Of a stretch of DNA of 64,000 bases, positions 19,068 to 28,671 are shown piece after piece. Location of the stretch: contig CAWJCO010000006.1 in assembly GCA_963841385.1 (NCBI GenBank), forward strand, positions 48,883-112,882, given 5' to 3'. The position numbers and the translations under genes are program-made. Source of the stretch: an uncultured Chloroflexia bacterium (GTDB lineage: Bacteria > Chloroflexota > Dormibacteria > Aeolococcales > Aeolococcaceae). The notes below the pieces were generated by a model. The model had not been told where the DNA came from. It worked only from the letters and a program-made list of their open reading frames with translations, and did not search any database. Numbering within the stretch: the stretch's first letter is position 1; each line of letters starts with the position of its first letter.

Positions 19068-20398
19068 CCCTGCAGCTCCGATCCCCGTCCCCCGAGGAGT
19101 GGCGAGCCCAGGTGCGCGCCGAGCGGCGGAGCGCGGAGCCGGTCCTCGACGCCGAGACGGCCGGCCCGCTGGGTGCGTGGTTCGAGCTCCCCGTGACCGC
19201 CATCCGGGTGGTCCGCACCATCCTCGGGGAGGTCGCCCGCGAGGGTGACCCGGCGGTGCGGCGCTGGACGCTGAGGCTCGACCGGGTCGATGTCGCGGAG
19301 ACGCGGGTCCCCGCCGAGGCCCTGGCCCATGCCTGGGACGAGACCGACCCGGTCACCCGCGACGCGATCGCCGCCGCCGCCGCCCGCATCCGGGCCATCC
19401 ACGAGCCGCAGCGGGAGACCGCCATCCGGGGCATTGCCACCGCCCACCTCCGGCCCCTGCCGCTGCGCCGGGTCGGCTGCTACGTGCCCGGAGGGCGCGC
19501 CGCCTATCCCAGCACCGTGCTGATGAACGTGATTCCCGCCCAGATCGCCGGGGTTGCCGAGATCGCGCTGGTCTCGCCGCCAGGTGCGGGCGGCTCGGTC
19601 CACCCGCTGGTCCTCGCCAGCGCGCATCACCTCGGGGTGAGCGAGGTCCACGCCGTCGGCGGCGCCCAGGCGATCGCCGCTCTCGGCTACGGCACCGAGG
19701 CCATCGCCCGGGTGGACAAGATCACCGGGCCGGGGAACCTCTTCGTCACCCTGGCCAAGCGCGAGGTCTTCGGCGAGGTGGGGATCGACGGCGTGGCCGG
19801 GCCGAGCGAGATCGTGGTGATCGCCTCCGCCGACGCCGATCCCCGGCTGGTGGCCGCCGACCTGGTCTCCCAACTGGAGCACGACCCGCTGGCCTGGGCC
19901 GTCTGCCTCACCGACTCGCCCGCCCTGGCCGGCGCGGTGGGGGAGGCCTTCTCCACCGAGGCGGGGGTGGCGGCGCGCGGGGGGATCATCGCCGCCGCAG
20001 CCGGGCGCCACGGGGCGGTGATCGTCACCGAGACCCTGGAGGCGGCGGTGCGGCTCGCCGACGAGTTCGCCCCCGAGCACCTCTCCCTCCAGGGCCAGGC
20101 CGCCGAGGCGCTCCGTGACCGCCCCCACACCGCGTCGGCGGTCTTCGTCGGTCCGCGCTCGCCGGTGTCGATGGGCGACTATGTCGCCGGTCCCAACCAC
20201 ACCCTGCCCACCGGCGGTGCCGCCCGCCACCGCGGGCCGCTCTCGGTGATGGACTTCCAGCGCTGGCAATCGGTGGTGGAGCTCTCGGCCGGGGAGTTCG
20301 ACAGCCTGGCCCCGGTCGCCTGCGCCCTCGCCGAAGCCGAGGGACTGCGTGGCCACGAACGGGCGATCCGGCTCAGGATGGAGGATGGTGACCGATGA
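19064..20398 (+). CDS. hisD: Histidinol dehydrogenase
   Basis: YVPGGRAAYPSTVLM, GGAQAIAAL, GPGN, AGPSE, EH, APEHL, GDYVAGPNHTLPT. Confidence 0.95.
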   Translation: MTLQLRSPSPEEWRAQVRAERRSAEPVLDAETAGPLGAWFELPVTAIRVVRTILGEVAREGDPAVRRWTLRLDRVDVAETRVPAEALAHAWDETDPVTRDAIAAAAARIRAIHEPQRETAIRGIATAHLRPLPLRRVGCYVPGGRAAYPSTVLMNVIPAQIAGVAEIALVSPPGAGGSVHPLVLASAHHLGVSEVHAVGGAQAIAALGYGTEAIARVDKITGPGNLFVTLAKREVFGEVGIDGVAGPSEIVVIASADADPRLVAADLVSQLEHDPLAWAVCLTDSPALAGAVGEAFSTEAGVAARGGIIAAAAGRHGAVIVTETLEAAVRLADEFAPEHLSLQGQAAEALRDRPHTASAVFVGPRSPVSMGDYVAGPNHTLPTGGAARHRGPLSVMDFQRWQSVVELSAGEFDSLAPVACALAEAEGLRGHERAIRLRMEDGDR

Positions 20399-21003
20399 GT
20401 GAGAGCCCTTCCCAACCGGCGCCGCGCCGGACCTCAGCCGAGGAGCGGGTCACCAAGGAGACGCGGATCCAGGTCGAGGTCGATCTCGATGGCGGCGGCA
20501 GCCCCGACATCGAGGTCCCGCTGCCCTTCTTCCGTCACATGCTGGAATCATTCGTCAAGTACAGCGGCATGGACGTCCGCCTCCACGGCTCCGGCGACAT
20601 CGATGTGGACGCCCACCACCTGGTCGAGGACTGCGGGCTCGCGCTGGGGGCGGCGATCAGCCGCGCGCTCGGCGACCGCGCCGGGATCCGGCGCTTCGGT
20701 CACGCCTATGCGCCCCTCGACGAGTCCCTGGTCCGCTGCGTGCTCGACTACTCGAACCGGGCCCACCTGGAGTGGGAGATGAAGGCGCTCACCGGCCGGA
20801 TCAACGACTTCGACGTCACCGTCCTCCACGAGTTCGTGCAGGCTCTGTCCCAATCAGCGGGGATCAGCATCCACGTCGACCTGATCCGGGGCACCAACCT
20901 GCACCATGTGGCCGAGGCCGCCTTCAAGGCGCTGGGACTGGCCACCCGGGAGGCGGTGGCGGTGGTGGGACGTGGGGTGCCGTCGACCAAGGGGGTGCTC
21001 TGA
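20395..21003 (+). CDS. hisB: Imidazoleglycerol-phosphate dehydratase
   Basis: TKET, DAHHLVEDCG, PLDES, NLHHVAEAAFKA, PSTKGVL. Confidence 0.95.
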   Translation: MSESPSQPAPRRTSAEERVTKETRIQVEVDLDGGGSPDIEVPLPFFRHMLESFVKYSGMDVRLHGSGDIDVDAHHLVEDCGLALGAAISRALGDRAGIRRFGHAYAPLDESLVRCVLDYSNRAHLEWEMKALTGRINDFDVTVLHEFVQALSQSAGISIHVDLIRGTNLHHVAEAAFKALGLATREAVAVVGRGVPSTKGVL

Positions 21004-21150
21004 TGCCCCGCGCCGGGCGGGCGCCGCGCCGCTGCGCGAGCGCGGTCTGATGTCCCGGCGCAGGAGCGGCACCCGGCGCCCCCGGGAGGGCGCGGGCTGA
21101 TGCCCCGGGACGGGCGTGGCGCTCTGGGCCGTCTCGAGGGCGTGGCCTGA
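21003..21150 (+). other. Chain of three TGATG-coupled mini-ORFs (15, 16, 16 aa)
   Basis: 21003-21050 MPRAGRAPRRCASAV; 21050-21100 MSRRRSGTRRPREGAG; 21100-21150 MPRDGRGALGRLEGVA; each junction is CTGATG. Confidence 0.6.
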
Positions 21151-21797
21151 TGCCGAGGGTGGCGATCGTCGACTACGGGGTGGGCAACCTGCGCAGCGTC
21201 GAGCGGGCGCTGGCGCGCGCCGGAGCCGGCGCCGTCATCACCCCCGATCCGGGGGTGGTCGCGGCCTGCGACGCGGTGGTGCTCCCGGGGGTCGGCGCCT
21301 TCGCCCCGGCGGCGGCGCTCCTGCTCGGCTCCGGGCTCGGCGACGCGGTCCGGGAGGCGGCGGGGCGCGGCCGCCCGGTGCTCGGCGTCTGCCTCGGCTT
21401 CCAGCTCCTCTTCGAGGCCAGCGAGGAGGGCGAGGGGGGCGAGGGACTCGGTCTGCTTCCCGGACGGGTGCGCCGGATCGACGCCGCCCCGCCGCTCAAG
21501 GTGCCCCACATGGGGTGGAACCGGCTCCGGATGCACCGGCCGTCGACACTCACCGCCGGGGTCGCCGAGGGGGCCTGGTGCTACTTCGTCCACTCCTACG
21601 CCGCCGACGCCGACCCCCGGGACGTGGTCGCCACCGTCGACCACGGCGGCGAGATCGTGGCCATCTGCGAGCGGGGGACGGTGACCGGGACCCAGTTCCA
21701 CCCCGAGAAGAGCGGGCCCGCCGGGCTGCGCATCTACGCCAACCTGGTCGCCGCCTGCGCCGGCGCGCCCACCCCGGCTCAGACGGTGCTTCGGTGA
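21150..21797 (+). CDS. hisH: IGP synthase glutaminase subunit
   Basis: DYGVGNL, LPGVGAF, GVCLGFQ, PHMGWN, YFVHSY, QFHPEKS. Confidence 0.95.
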   Translation: MPRVAIVDYGVGNLRSVERALARAGAGAVITPDPGVVAACDAVVLPGVGAFAPAAALLLGSGLGDAVREAAGRGRPVLGVCLGFQLLFEASEEGEGGEGLGLLPGRVRRIDAAPPLKVPHMGWNRLRMHRPSTLTAGVAEGAWCYFVHSYAADADPRDVVATVDHGGEIVAICERGTVTGTQFHPEKSGPAGLRIYANLVAACAGAPTPAQTVLR

Positions 21798-22519
21798 TCG
21801 TCATCCCCGCCATCGACATCCGGGGAGGCCGGTGCGTCCGCCTCATCCAGGGGGACTTCGCCCGCGAGCACGTCTACGAGGACGACCCCGCGGCGGTGGC
21901 CCGCCGGCTCGGCGAGAGCGGCGCCCACCGCATCCACCTGGTGGACCTCGACGCGGCCCGGGGCATGATCGATCTCGCCTCCACCACCGCCGCCCGGCGC
22001 GTCCTCGAGAGCGCTCAGGAGGCGGGCGTGGAGGTCGAGGTCGGTGGGGGCGTCCGCACCCTGGCGGTGGCGGAGCGCTGGCTGGCGGCCGGGGCGGCCT
22101 TCGTCGTCCTCGGGAGCGTGGCCGTGCGCGAGCCGGAGGCCGCAGCGGCGATCTGCGCTGCGCTGCCCGGGCGCTGCCTGGTCGCCCTCGACGTGCGCGG
22201 CGACACGGCCCAGGCCGAGGGCTGGACCGAGGGCGCAGGCAGCGCCATCGCTCACCTGGAGCGGTGGGCGAGCTGGCCCCTGGCCGGGCTGGTGCGCACC
22301 GACGTGGCCCTCGACGGGATGCTGACGGGCCCCGACCTCGCCGGTCTCGAACAGACGGTGCGGGCGTTCCCCGGGCCGGTGATCGCGAGCGGCGGCATCA
22401 GCACCGTCGACGACATCGTCCGCTGCGCCGAGGCGGGCGCGGCCGGCGCGATCGTGGGCCGGGCCCTCTACGAGGGCAGCTTCGACCTGCGCGCCGCGAT
22501 CCTCCGGTTTTCCCGATGA
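21794..22519 (+). CDS. hisA: ProFAR isomerase
   Basis: IPAIDIRGGRCVRL, HLVDLD, GGGVR, DGMLTGPD, ASGGI, GRALYEG. Confidence 0.93.
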   Translation: MIVIPAIDIRGGRCVRLIQGDFAREHVYEDDPAAVARRLGESGAHRIHLVDLDAARGMIDLASTTAARRVLESAQEAGVEVEVGGGVRTLAVAERWLAAGAAFVVLGSVAVREPEAAAAICAALPGRCLVALDVRGDTAQAEGWTEGAGSAIAHLERWASWPLAGLVRTDVALDGMLTGPDLAGLEQTVRAFPGPVIASGGISTVDDIVRCAEAGAAGAIVGRALYEGSFDLRAAILRFSR

Positions 22520-22587
22520 GTCCGGGCGGCTCTCCCCGCGATGACTCGGGCCGGTTTCCCCCCATGAACCCGGGATCGCGACCGTGA
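22516..22587 (+). other. Bridging mini-ORF (23 aa), hisA to hisF
   Basis: ATG 22516 overlaps the hisA TGA; TGA 22585-22587 overlaps hisF GTG 22584; [23 protein letters not shown]. Confidence 0.5.
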
Positions 22588-23342
22588 GCCTGACCAAGCG
22601 GATCATCCCCTGTCTGGACGTGGACCGCGGGCGGGTGGTCAAGGGTGTCAACTTCGTCAACATCCGCGATGCCGGTGACCCCGCCGAGCTGGCTGCGCGC
22701 TACGACGCCGAGTCCGCCGACGAGCTGGTCTTCCTCGACATCACCGCGAGCAGCGAGGATCGCGACATCCTGCTCGAGGCGGTGCGGCGCACCGCCGACT
22801 CGGTCTTCATCCCGCTCACCGTCGGGGGCGGGTTGCGCGGCCTTGAGGACATCGATCGCATGCTCCGCAGCGGCGCCGACAAGGTGTCGCTCAACACCGC
22901 GGCGCTGGACCGCCCCGACCTCATCGGCGAGGCGGCCGAGCGCTTCGGTGTCCAGTGCGTGGTGGTCGCCATCGATGCCCGCCGCGACGGCGCCGGCTGG
23001 CACGTCTTCTCCCACGGCGGCCGCCGCGACACCGGTCGGGATGCCATCGACTGGGCGCGGGAGGCGGCCGATCGTGGCGCCGGTGAGATCCTGCTCACCA
23101 GCATGGATCGGGACGGCACCCAGGACGGCTACGACCTCCAGCTCACCCGGGCGGTCGGCGACCGCCTCACCATCCCCGTGATCGCGAGCGGCGGGGCCGG
23201 CGAGCCCGAGCACCTGAGGGCGGTGCTCAGCGAGGGCGGTGCCGACGCCGCCCTGGCGGCCTCCATCTTCCACGACGGCGTCCACTCCATCCCCCAGACC
23301 AAGGCCTACCTGCGCGACCACGGCGTCGAGGTGCGGCTGTGA
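22584..23342 (+). CDS. hisF: IGP synthase cyclase subunit
   Basis: [36 protein letters not shown]. Confidence 0.96.
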   Translation: MSLTKRIIPCLDVDRGRVVKGVNFVNIRDAGDPAELAARYDAESADELVFLDITASSEDRDILLEAVRRTADSVFIPLTVGGGLRGLEDIDRMLRSGADKVSLNTAALDRPDLIGEAAERFGVQCVVVAIDARRDGAGWHVFSHGGRRDTGRDAIDWAREAADRGAGEILLTSMDRDGTQDGYDLQLTRAVGDRLTIPVIASGGAGEPEHLRAVLSEGGADAALAASIFHDGVHSIPQTKAYLRDHGVEVRL

Positions 23343-23788
23343 GCCCGGACCGCGACATCTCCCGCGACACCTCCCGCGACACCTCCCGCGACAACCCCCA
23401 CGACCCCTCTTCGGAGCCCCACCTCCCCCTCCGCGCGCAGCCCGAGGGCCGCACGCCCGACCTCGGCCGGGGTCTGATCACCGCGGTCGTACAGGACGCC
23501 ACCACCCGCGAGGTGCTGATGGTCGCCCACATGGACTACGACGCCTACGAGGCCACCCTCGCCACCGGGCGAGCCACCTTCTGGAGCCGGAGCCGGCAGC
23601 GCCGCTGGGAGAAGGGGGAGACGAGCGGCAACACCATGCACGTCGTCGAGGCGCGGCTGGACTGCGACGGTGACGCCGTGCTCCTGCTGGTCGAGCCGGC
23701 CGGCCCGGCCTGCCACACCGGGGCTCCCACCTGCTTCACCGCGCCATCTCCCGACGCCGCCACCATCGGAGGGGACGGCGAGTGGTGA
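23339..23788 (+). CDS. hisI: Phosphoribosyl-AMP cyclohydrolase (no HisE fusion)
   Basis: VQD...EVLM, FWSRSR, KGETSGN, DCDGD, ACHTG..CF. Confidence 0.92.
   Translation: MSPDRDISRDTSRDTSRDNPHDPSSEPHLPLRAQPEGRTPDLGRGLITAVVQDATTREVLMVAHMDYDAYEATLATGRATFWSRSRQRRWEKGETSGNTMHVVEARLDCDGDAVLLLVEPAGPACHTGAPTCFTAPSPDAATIGGDGEW
23351..23410 (+). repeat. 12-bp tandem repeat (CGCGACACCTCC) x4-5 encoding SRDT in HisI N-terminus
   Basis: Direct reading: units at 23351, 23363, 23375, 23387 and a degenerate one at 23399. Confidence 0.85.
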
Positions 23789-23841
23789 CCCGCGATCAGC
23801 CTCGGGCCCGCGCCCGTCGCGACCCGGACCGCGCCCGATGA
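23785..23841 (+). other. Bridging mini-ORF (18 aa), hisI to GH15
   Basis: GTG 23785 overlaps the hisI TGA; TGA 23839-23841 overlaps ATG 23838. Confidence 0.5.
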
Positions 23842-25742
23842 TCGAGGGGATCGACCGCACCGGCGGCTACCTCCCCATCGGCGGCTACGGTCTGATCGGC
23901 GACTGCAGGAGCGCCGCGCTGGTCGGGGTCGACGGCAGCATCGACTGGTGCTGCCTGCCCCGCTTCGACTCACCCTCGGTCTTCGGCCGGATCCTCGACG
24001 GGCGCCGGGGCGGCTACTGGCAGCTGCGCCCGCGCGGGCCGTATCGCTCCCACCAGCGCTACGGCGACCGCACCAACGTGCTGCGCACGATCTTCTCGAC
24101 GCCCACCGGGATGGTCCGGCTGAGCGACTTCATGCCCATCGACGAGGCCACCGTCGCCCATCACGCGCGTCCTCACCGGCGTCCGCGGGTGGTGCGGATC
24201 GTGGACTGCCTCGCCGGCACGGTGGCGATGGAGCACCATCTCGTGCCACGTCCCGACTACGGCCGCTCACCGGATGGCTTCAGCGCCGAGGGGCGGCGCT
24301 TCCACGGGGACGCGGAGGGCCTCCACCTCTGCGTCGTCTCGACCACTGAGATCAGCGGGCCGCACACCACCTTCACGCTCAGGGCGGGGGACGCGGTGGC
24401 CCTCTCGCTGCGCTCCCAGCACGCCGGCGGCGGCTGTACCACCTCCGAGGCCGCCTGGACGGTCGAAGCGGCCCGCCGCCTGCTGCGCCAGGCCCAGGAG
24501 TTCTGGTGGCGGTGGATCGATCATGTCCACTACACCGGCGCCTTTGCCGAGCCGGTGTGGCGGTCGGCGCTCGCGCTCAAGCTGATGATCTACGCGCCGA
24601 CCGGGGCCATCGTCGCCGCCCCCACCGCCTCGCTGCCGGAGGCGCCGGGCGGGCGGCGCAACTGGGACTACCGCTTCACCTGGCTGCGCGACGCCTCGCT
24701 CACCCTCTTCGGCCTCTTTCAACTGGGCCTGCACGAGGAGGCTCATGACTTCTTCGCCTGGCTGCGCTCCACGGGCATCGGTGAGGGCGCGAAGGTGCAG
24801 AACCTCTACCGGGTCGACGGCGGTCGCGACACGCCCGAGGAGGTGCTGAGCCACTGGAGCGGCTACCGTCACTCCAAGCCGGTGCGGATCGGCAACGGTG
24901 CCGTCGACCAGCTCCAGCTCGACGTCTACGGCGAGCTCCTGGACAGCGCCTACCTCTACGCGCGCTTCGGCGGCGAGATCGGCCAGGAGCTCTGGAAGGA
25001 GCTCCACCCGGTGGTCGACCTGGCCATCGAGAGATGGCAGCTGCCCGACGCATCGATCTGGGAGAGCCGCGGCCGGCAGCTCCACTACACATACAGCAAG
25101 ATGATGTGCTGGGTCGCCGTCGATCGTGGGCTGCGGCTGGCGGAGCGCTTCGGCCTGCGCTGCGACCGAGAGCGCTGGGAGGAGGCCCGCCGGGCCATCC
25201 ATCGGACGGTGACCACGGAGGGGTACCACCGCGGTCTGCGCTCCTTCACCCAGACCCTGGGCGGCCGGACCCTCGATGCCGCGATGCTCCGGGCCGGCCA
25301 GGTGCGCTTCCTCGACGATCGCGATCCGCGCATCGTGGCCACCGTGCGGGCCGTCGCACGCCACCTCGGCCGCGGGGTGCTGGTCAGCCGGTACCGCCCC
25401 GAGGAGACCGACGACGGCATCGACCACGGCGAGGAGGGTGCGTTCCTGATGTGCTCCTTCTGGCTGGCCGACGCCCACGCCCACATCGGGGAGGTGGAGC
25501 AGGCCCAGCGCCGCTTCGAGCGGCTGCTCGCCTTCGGCTCGCCGCTCGGGCTGATGGCCGAGGAGGTGGACGCGACCACCGGGGACCTGCTCGGCAACTA
25601 CCCCCAGGCCTTCACCCACCTGGCCCTGATCGGCGCCGCGGTCAACATCGAGCGCGCCCGCCACCGGCGGCTCGGGGTCAGCGGGCTGCGCGGCGCGGCC
25701 CCGCCCCCCGCTGGACCGGCGGGCGGCCCGGCGACCCCGTAG
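23838..25742 (+). CDS. Glycoside hydrolase family 15 (trehalase/glucoamylase-like)
   Basis: YGLIGDCRSAALV, IDWCCLPRFDSPSVF, RNWDYRFTWLRD, QLDVYGE, SIWESRG, GLMAEE, GNYPQAFTHLALI. Confidence 0.92.
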   Translation: MIEGIDRTGGYLPIGGYGLIGDCRSAALVGVDGSIDWCCLPRFDSPSVFGRILDGRRGGYWQLRPRGPYRSHQRYGDRTNVLRTIFSTPTGMVRLSDFMPIDEATVAHHARPHRRPRVVRIVDCLAGTVAMEHHLVPRPDYGRSPDGFSAEGRRFHGDAEGLHLCVVSTTEISGPHTTFTLRAGDAVALSLRSQHAGGGCTTSEAAWTVEAARRLLRQAQEFWWRWIDHVHYTGAFAEPVWRSALALKLMIYAPTGAIVAAPTASLPEAPGGRRNWDYRFTWLRDASLTLFGLFQLGLHEEAHDFFAWLRSTGIGEGAKVQNLYRVDGGRDTPEEVLSHWSGYRHSKPVRIGNGAVDQLQLDVYGELLDSAYLYARFGGEIGQELWKELHPVVDLAIERWQLPDASIWESRGRQLHYTYSKMMCWVAVDRGLRLAERFGLRCDRERWEEARRAIHRTVTTEGYHRGLRSFTQTLGGRTLDAAMLRAGQVRFLDDRDPRIVATVRAVARHLGRGVLVSRYRPEETDDGIDHGEEGAFLMCSFWLADAHAHIGEVEQAQRRFERLLAFGSPLGLMAEEVDATTGDLLGNYPQAFTHLALIGAAVNIERARHRRLGVSGLRGAAPPPAGPAGGPATP

Positions 25743-25790
25743 CGGCCGCGCATAGTCCGCGCGAGTTCGCCGATTGTGGGAGGTGTCCCG

Positions 25791-26224
25791 GTGACCGATG
25801 CTCCATCCGCGCAGTGGGTCCCCCAGGACGGCGCCGGTCGCCTGGCGGAGACGGCGCAGGGCAAGTGCTTCACCTCGGACCTGAGCGTCGACGAGTTCAT
25901 CCTGGTGCGGGAGAGCGGCTTCGTGCCCCTAGGCATGGTCATGGGCACGTCGATGTACCACATGGGTCTGCAGTACGCCGGCTGGAAGCAGTCGGTCGAG
26001 CTGACCACGCTCAGCCAGGCTATGTACGCGGCGCGTGAGCTGGCCATGAGGCGGATGCAGGACGAGGGCGGGCGCGACGGCGCGGCCGGCATCGTCAGGG
26101 TGCACGTGAGGAGAACAACCAGGTGTGGGGCGAGCACGGGGTGGAGTTCTTCGCGATGGGCACCGGGGTGCGCTCGGTGGCCGCGGCGACCACCAGCACG
26201 GTTCCCTTCGTGGTCCCCGTCTAG
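25791..26224 (+). pseudogene. YbjQ/UPF0145-like heavy-metal-binding protein, frameshifted
   Basis: FTSDLSVDEF...GTSMYH...ELTTLSQAMYAARELAMRRM..GIV, then continues in the -1 frame near 26109 (ENNQVWGEHGVEFFAMGTGV) to TAG 26222-26224. Confidence 0.7.
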
Positions 26225-26328
26225 TCCGGTCCGGCGACGTCTCGACGCCACCCCGGCTGGCCGGACCGGCCGCCATGGGCTCGCGGCTGCCCGCCCCCCT
26301 GGACCGCTCGGCGTCGGCGATACCCGGC

Positions 26329-26359
26329 GTTGCATAAACATACACCAGCAACGTATAAT
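26329..26359 (+). promoter_or_regulatory. arg operon promoter with ARG box
   Basis: TTGCAT(26330)-N18-TATAAT(26354); TGCATAAACATACA resembles the ArgR box; argR is in the operon; ATG follows 9 nt after the -10 with no SD. Confidence 0.8.
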
Positions 26360-26368
26360 CCCCCAACC

Positions 26369-27391
26369 ATGCCCGCCACCCCGATCCGCGCCGCGGTCTG
26401 CGGCGCCACCGGTTACCTCGGCGCCCATTGTGTGGAGATCCTCGACCGCCATCCCGGCTTCGAGCTGGTGGGCCTCCGCGGCCGCAGCTCGGCCGGCAGG
26501 CCCTTCGCGGCCGCAGTCCCGGGCAGCCGGGTGTCCCTCGAGGTCGAGGCCGGGCTGGACCCGGCCGACGCCCAGGTGGTGTTCGCCGCCTTGCCCCACA
26601 CCGTCGCCGCCGCCCACGCCCGGGAGTGGCTGGCCGGCGGACGGGTGGTGGTCGATATGAGCGCCGACTTCCGGCTCACCAACTCCGCGGACTATGCGCG
26701 CTGGTACGGGCTCGAGCACCCCGCCCCCGACCTCTGCGCTCAGGCGGTGTACTCATTGGTCGAATTCAACCGCTCCGCCATCGCCGCCGCCGACCTGCTG
26801 GCGATCCCGGGCTGCTACCCGACCGCCGGCCTGCTGGCGACGCTCCCCGCGCTCCGCGAGGGGCTGGTGGAGCCAGCGGTGGTGGTGGATGCCAAGAGCG
26901 GGGTGAGCGGCGGGGGGCGGTCGCCGTCGCTCGCCTTCCACTTCGCGGAGGTGAACGAATCGGTGCGCGCCTACGGGGTGGACGGCCATCGTCACAAGGC
27001 CGAGATGCTCCAGGAGCTGAGCAAGGCTGCGGGACGGGAGGTGCGACTCACCTTCGTGCCTCACCTGGTGCCGATGACCCGCGGGATCCTGGCCACCGTC
27101 TACCTGCACCCGGCCGCCGGGCGTGGGGTGGCGGATGTCGCCGAGCTGATGCGCGGTCTCTGCGCCGCCAACCCCTGCCTCCGCTACGAGGAGGCGCCTC
27201 CCGCCACCAAGTCGGTGACCGGGAGCAACGTCGCCGCCGTCAACGTCACCGACCAGGACGGGGTTGCGGTGGTCACCGTCGCCGAGGACAACCTGGTCAA
27301 GGGCGGCGCGGGCCAGGCCGTCCAGGCCGCCAACCTCCGCTTCGGGTTGGAGGAGACAGCCGGGCTCCTCGAGGCGTCGCCGTGGCCGTGA
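26369..27391 (+). CDS. argC: N-acetyl-gamma-glutamyl-phosphate reductase
   Basis: GATGYLG, DMSADFRL, PGCYPT, SGVSGGG, PHLVPMTRGI, DNLVKGGAGQAVQ. Confidence 0.95.
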   Translation: MPATPIRAAVCGATGYLGAHCVEILDRHPGFELVGLRGRSSAGRPFAAAVPGSRVSLEVEAGLDPADAQVVFAALPHTVAAAHAREWLAGGRVVVDMSADFRLTNSADYARWYGLEHPAPDLCAQAVYSLVEFNRSAIAAADLLAIPGCYPTAGLLATLPALREGLVEPAVVVDAKSGVSGGGRSPSLAFHFAEVNESVRAYGVDGHRHKAEMLQELSKAAGREVRLTFVPHLVPMTRGILATVYLHPAAGRGVADVAELMRGLCAANPCLRYEEAPPATKSVTGSNVAAVNVTDQDGVAVVTVAEDNLVKGGAGQAVQAANLRFGLEETAGLLEASPWP

Positions 27392-28671
27392 CCGAGGCGG
27401 GCTTCACCGAGGCGGGCGCCGCCGGGTCGGGACCCAATCCGATCGGCGCAGCTGACTCCGGCAGGGTTGCCGGCACCGGGGTCTGCGCGCCGCTCGGCTT
27501 CCGTGCCGGGACGGCCGCCGCGGGCATCCGCGACGGCGACCCGAGCCGCGACGACATCGCGGTGGTGATGAGCGACCGTCCCTGCGCGGGGGCGGGCGTC
27601 TTCACCCAGAACCTGGTCAAGGCCGCGCCCGTGGTCATCTCCCAGCTCACCCTGCGCCGGGGCACCCCGATCCACGCCGTGGTCCTGAACTCCGGCAACG
27701 CCAACGCCTGCACCGGCGCCCAGGGGCTCCGGGACGCCCTCCGGATGTGCGCGCTGGCCGCGGGCGTGCTGGGCCGCGATCCCGTCGAGGTGCTCGTTTG
27801 CAGCACCGGCGTGATCGGAAGGCCACTGCCGATGGACCGCGTGGCCGAGGGCCTCCGGGCCGCGGCCGGGAGGCTGAGCGGCGATTGCGGCGCGGCGGCG
27901 GCCCGGGCGATCATGACCACCGACACCGTCCCCAAGGCGGCGACCGCCAGCTTCTCGGTGGACGGCGTCGAGCACCGGGTCGGCGGGATGGCCAAGGGGG
28001 CGGGGATGATCCATCCCGACATGGCCACCCTGCTCGCGGTGGTGACCACCGATGCGGATGTCGCCGCGCCCGACCTGCAGGCGCTGCTCGCCGAGGTCGC
28101 CGACACCAGCTTCAACTCCATAACCGTGGACGGTGACACCTCCACCAACGACACCCTCTTCGCGCTCGCCAACGGGGCCGCCGGCGGGCCGGCCCTCCAT
28201 CCCGGCGACGGCGGATTCGCGGCGCTGCGCGAGGCCTTCCTGGGCGTCTGCGAGTCCCTCGCGGAGCAGGTGGTCGCCGACGCCGAGGGCGCCACCAAGC
28301 ACTTCCGGGTGACCGTCGCGGGCGGTCGCGACGATGCCGAGGCGCGCCTCGCCGCGCGCACCGTGGCCGTCTCACCGCTGGTGAAGACGGCGGTGCACGG
28401 GGCGGACCCCAACTGGGGGCGCGTGGTCATGGCCCTGGGGCGCAGCGGCGCCCGCTTCAGCCTGGATCGGGTCCGGGTGACCATCGCCGGGACCACCGTC
28501 TTCGAGCACGGGGCGCCCATCGACGCCGACCTGAGTGCCGTCGCGGCCGCGCTCCAGCAGCCGCGGAGCGAGATCGATATCGACCTCGGCGCCGGCGACG
28601 GGCGCGGCCACGCCTGGGGCTGCGATCTCACCGCCGGTTATGTCCGGATCAACGCGGAGTACACGACATGA
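27388..28671 (+). CDS. argJ: Ornithine acetyltransferase
   Basis: NSGNANACTG, STGVIG, IMTTDT, AKGAGMIHPDMATLL, DTSTND, DAEGATK, NWGR. Confidence 0.95.
   Translation: MTEAGFTEAGAAGSGPNPIGAADSGRVAGTGVCAPLGFRAGTAAAGIRDGDPSRDDIAVVMSDRPCAGAGVFTQNLVKAAPVVISQLTLRRGTPIHAVVLNSGNANACTGAQGLRDALRMCALAAGVLGRDPVEVLVCSTGVIGRPLPMDRVAEGLRAAAGRLSGDCGAAAARAIMTTDTVPKAATASFSVDGVEHRVGGMAKGAGMIHPDMATLLAVVTTDADVAAPDLQALLAEVADTSFNSITVDGDTSTNDTLFALANGAAGGPALHPGDGGFAALREAFLGVCESLAEQVVADAEGATKHFRVTVAGGRDDAEARLAARTVAVSPLVKTAVHGADPNWGRVVMALGRSGARFSLDRVRVTIAGTTVFEHGAPIDADLSAVAAALQQPRSEIDIDLGAGDGRGHAWGCDLTAGYVRINAEYTT

Noticed and set aside
21003-21150. His attenuator leader peptides
   Set aside because: No His codons, internal position in the operon, and no terminator/antiterminator evident.
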